Source: Mobula hypostoma (Eukaryota). Taken from it: a DNA stretch of 64,000 nt. Both the position numbers and the translations under genes were made by a program. The notes under the pieces are model-generated. The model was not told the origin of the DNA. It saw only the letters and a list, made by a program, of their open reading frames with translations, and did not search any database. The stretch is taken from NCBI RefSeq assembly GCF_963921235.1, contig NC_086108.1, positions 102,922,001 through 102,986,000 of the forward strand. The letters run 5' to 3'. Every line of letters begins with the position of its first letter. The first letter of the stretch is position 1. Shown here piece by piece: positions 63,270-64,000 of this stretch.

Positions 63270-63516
63270 GTAATTTCTATACATTGTGTACGGGGGGGGG
63301 GGGAAACTACTTTTTTGATTGCAAAATGCTCCTTTATTACGTTCATTGTCAGAATATAGCACGTCATTCGCTCAATGAAAATTAAACTTTTTAATGTAAA
63401 TGATTTAAACTACCTTTTGAAACTCTGCATGCTTTTAGGTGAAATATCAAACTGACTTTTGTGCTTGTAATTTTCCTGTTCTGTGTGTATGTGTGTGCGT
63501 GCACGCGTTTGCTTAG

Positions 63517-63705
63517 CGACATCTACTCGCAGTGTTTTTGGGGCTTTCCACGTGTGGGACCCTACTGGTGCTGTACGCGACGAGAGGCGAGCGGGGCGCG
63601 GACTCGAATCCACCCAGCAGCGCGGAGAGGAGGAACAGCGTGACACACGGGCTCCCGGAGCCGCTTCCAGCTTTAACTGGATACATCAATTTCATCGACC
63701 GTAAG
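63517..63705 (+). CDS. ST6GALNAC5: ST6GalNAc V coding exon 2 (type II TM anchor and stem)
   Basis: Acceptor TTTGCTTAG at 63516 and donor AAG|GTAATG at 63706 bound 189 nt with no stop: RHLLAVFLGLSTCGTLLVLYATRG...LPALTGYINFIDRK. This aligns to human RHGLAVCLALTTMCTSLLLVYS...LDGYLGVADHK (recalled). The catalytic sialylmotif exons lie beyond the window. Confidence 0.88.
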
Positions 63706-64000
63706 GTAATGAGGCGCTCGATTCCTGACACCCCGTGTCCGCCCGATTGCGGGGCTTAAACAGGACAGACTCGCGGGGTAGCAGGCGTGTGAGGGCTGAA
63801 GAGTTGCTCTGCTTTAAAGCGTAGGAGAGGCAAGTCGAGCAGATTCGGCCGAGACTGCGAACGCGGGTCTCGGTCCGAAACGTAGACTGCTTATTCCTCG
63901 CCATAGATGCTGCCTGACCTGCTGAGTTCCTCCAGCGTTGTGTGTGTGTGTTGCTCAAGACTGAGAACGGTTCGTAGATGAAGAGTCTTCCCGCCGGCGT

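Larger units (their letters stand above)
62950..64000. promoter_or_regulatory. CpG island / promoter region of ST6GALNAC5
   Basis: Sharp rise in CpG and GC content (e.g. cgggcgctgggaccccgcgg, gcgagcggggcgcg) relative to the CpG-depleted remainder. It covers exons 1-2 and includes a GA tract at ~63062-63085. Confidence 0.75.

Overview
Eukaryotic, repeat-saturated genomic DNA. The repeat families (CR1, Rex1/Babar, Penelope-like, SacSINE/DeuSINE-like, V-SINE/HE1-like) point to a cartilaginous fish, probably a ray; this is an inference. The only host gene I can support is the 5' end of an ST6GALNAC5 ortholog (+ strand) in a CpG island at the far right: coding exon 1 at 63255-63269 (MKKLV) and exon 2 at 63517-63705 (TM anchor plus stem). 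The dominant anomaly is a ~19.9 kb tandem array at 13906-33805 with unit GGTTCCATTGACAGCA(GA)n, 24-29 nt, roughly 770 copies (estimate). It has higher-order sub-duplications, more substitution variants at its edges, and a TGACAG motif in almost every unit. It begins exactly where a SacSINE-like head stops. Its multi-thousand-aa minus-strand ORFs arise because the unit lacks stop codons. The rest is nested TE debris: two head-to-tail CR1 LINEs, two Rex1/Babar RT remnants, a Penelope-like RT remnant, many Penelope-derived short repeats with minimal hammerhead-ribozyme motifs (one forms an 81-bp inverted repeat with a 13-bp TSD), a solo LTR, a MITE with a 6-bp TSD, and a Tc1 fragment. Also present are an inverted templated duplication of local sequence and an isolated ~65-nt hairpin. 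Repeat family names come from recalled consensus features, not from database searches.
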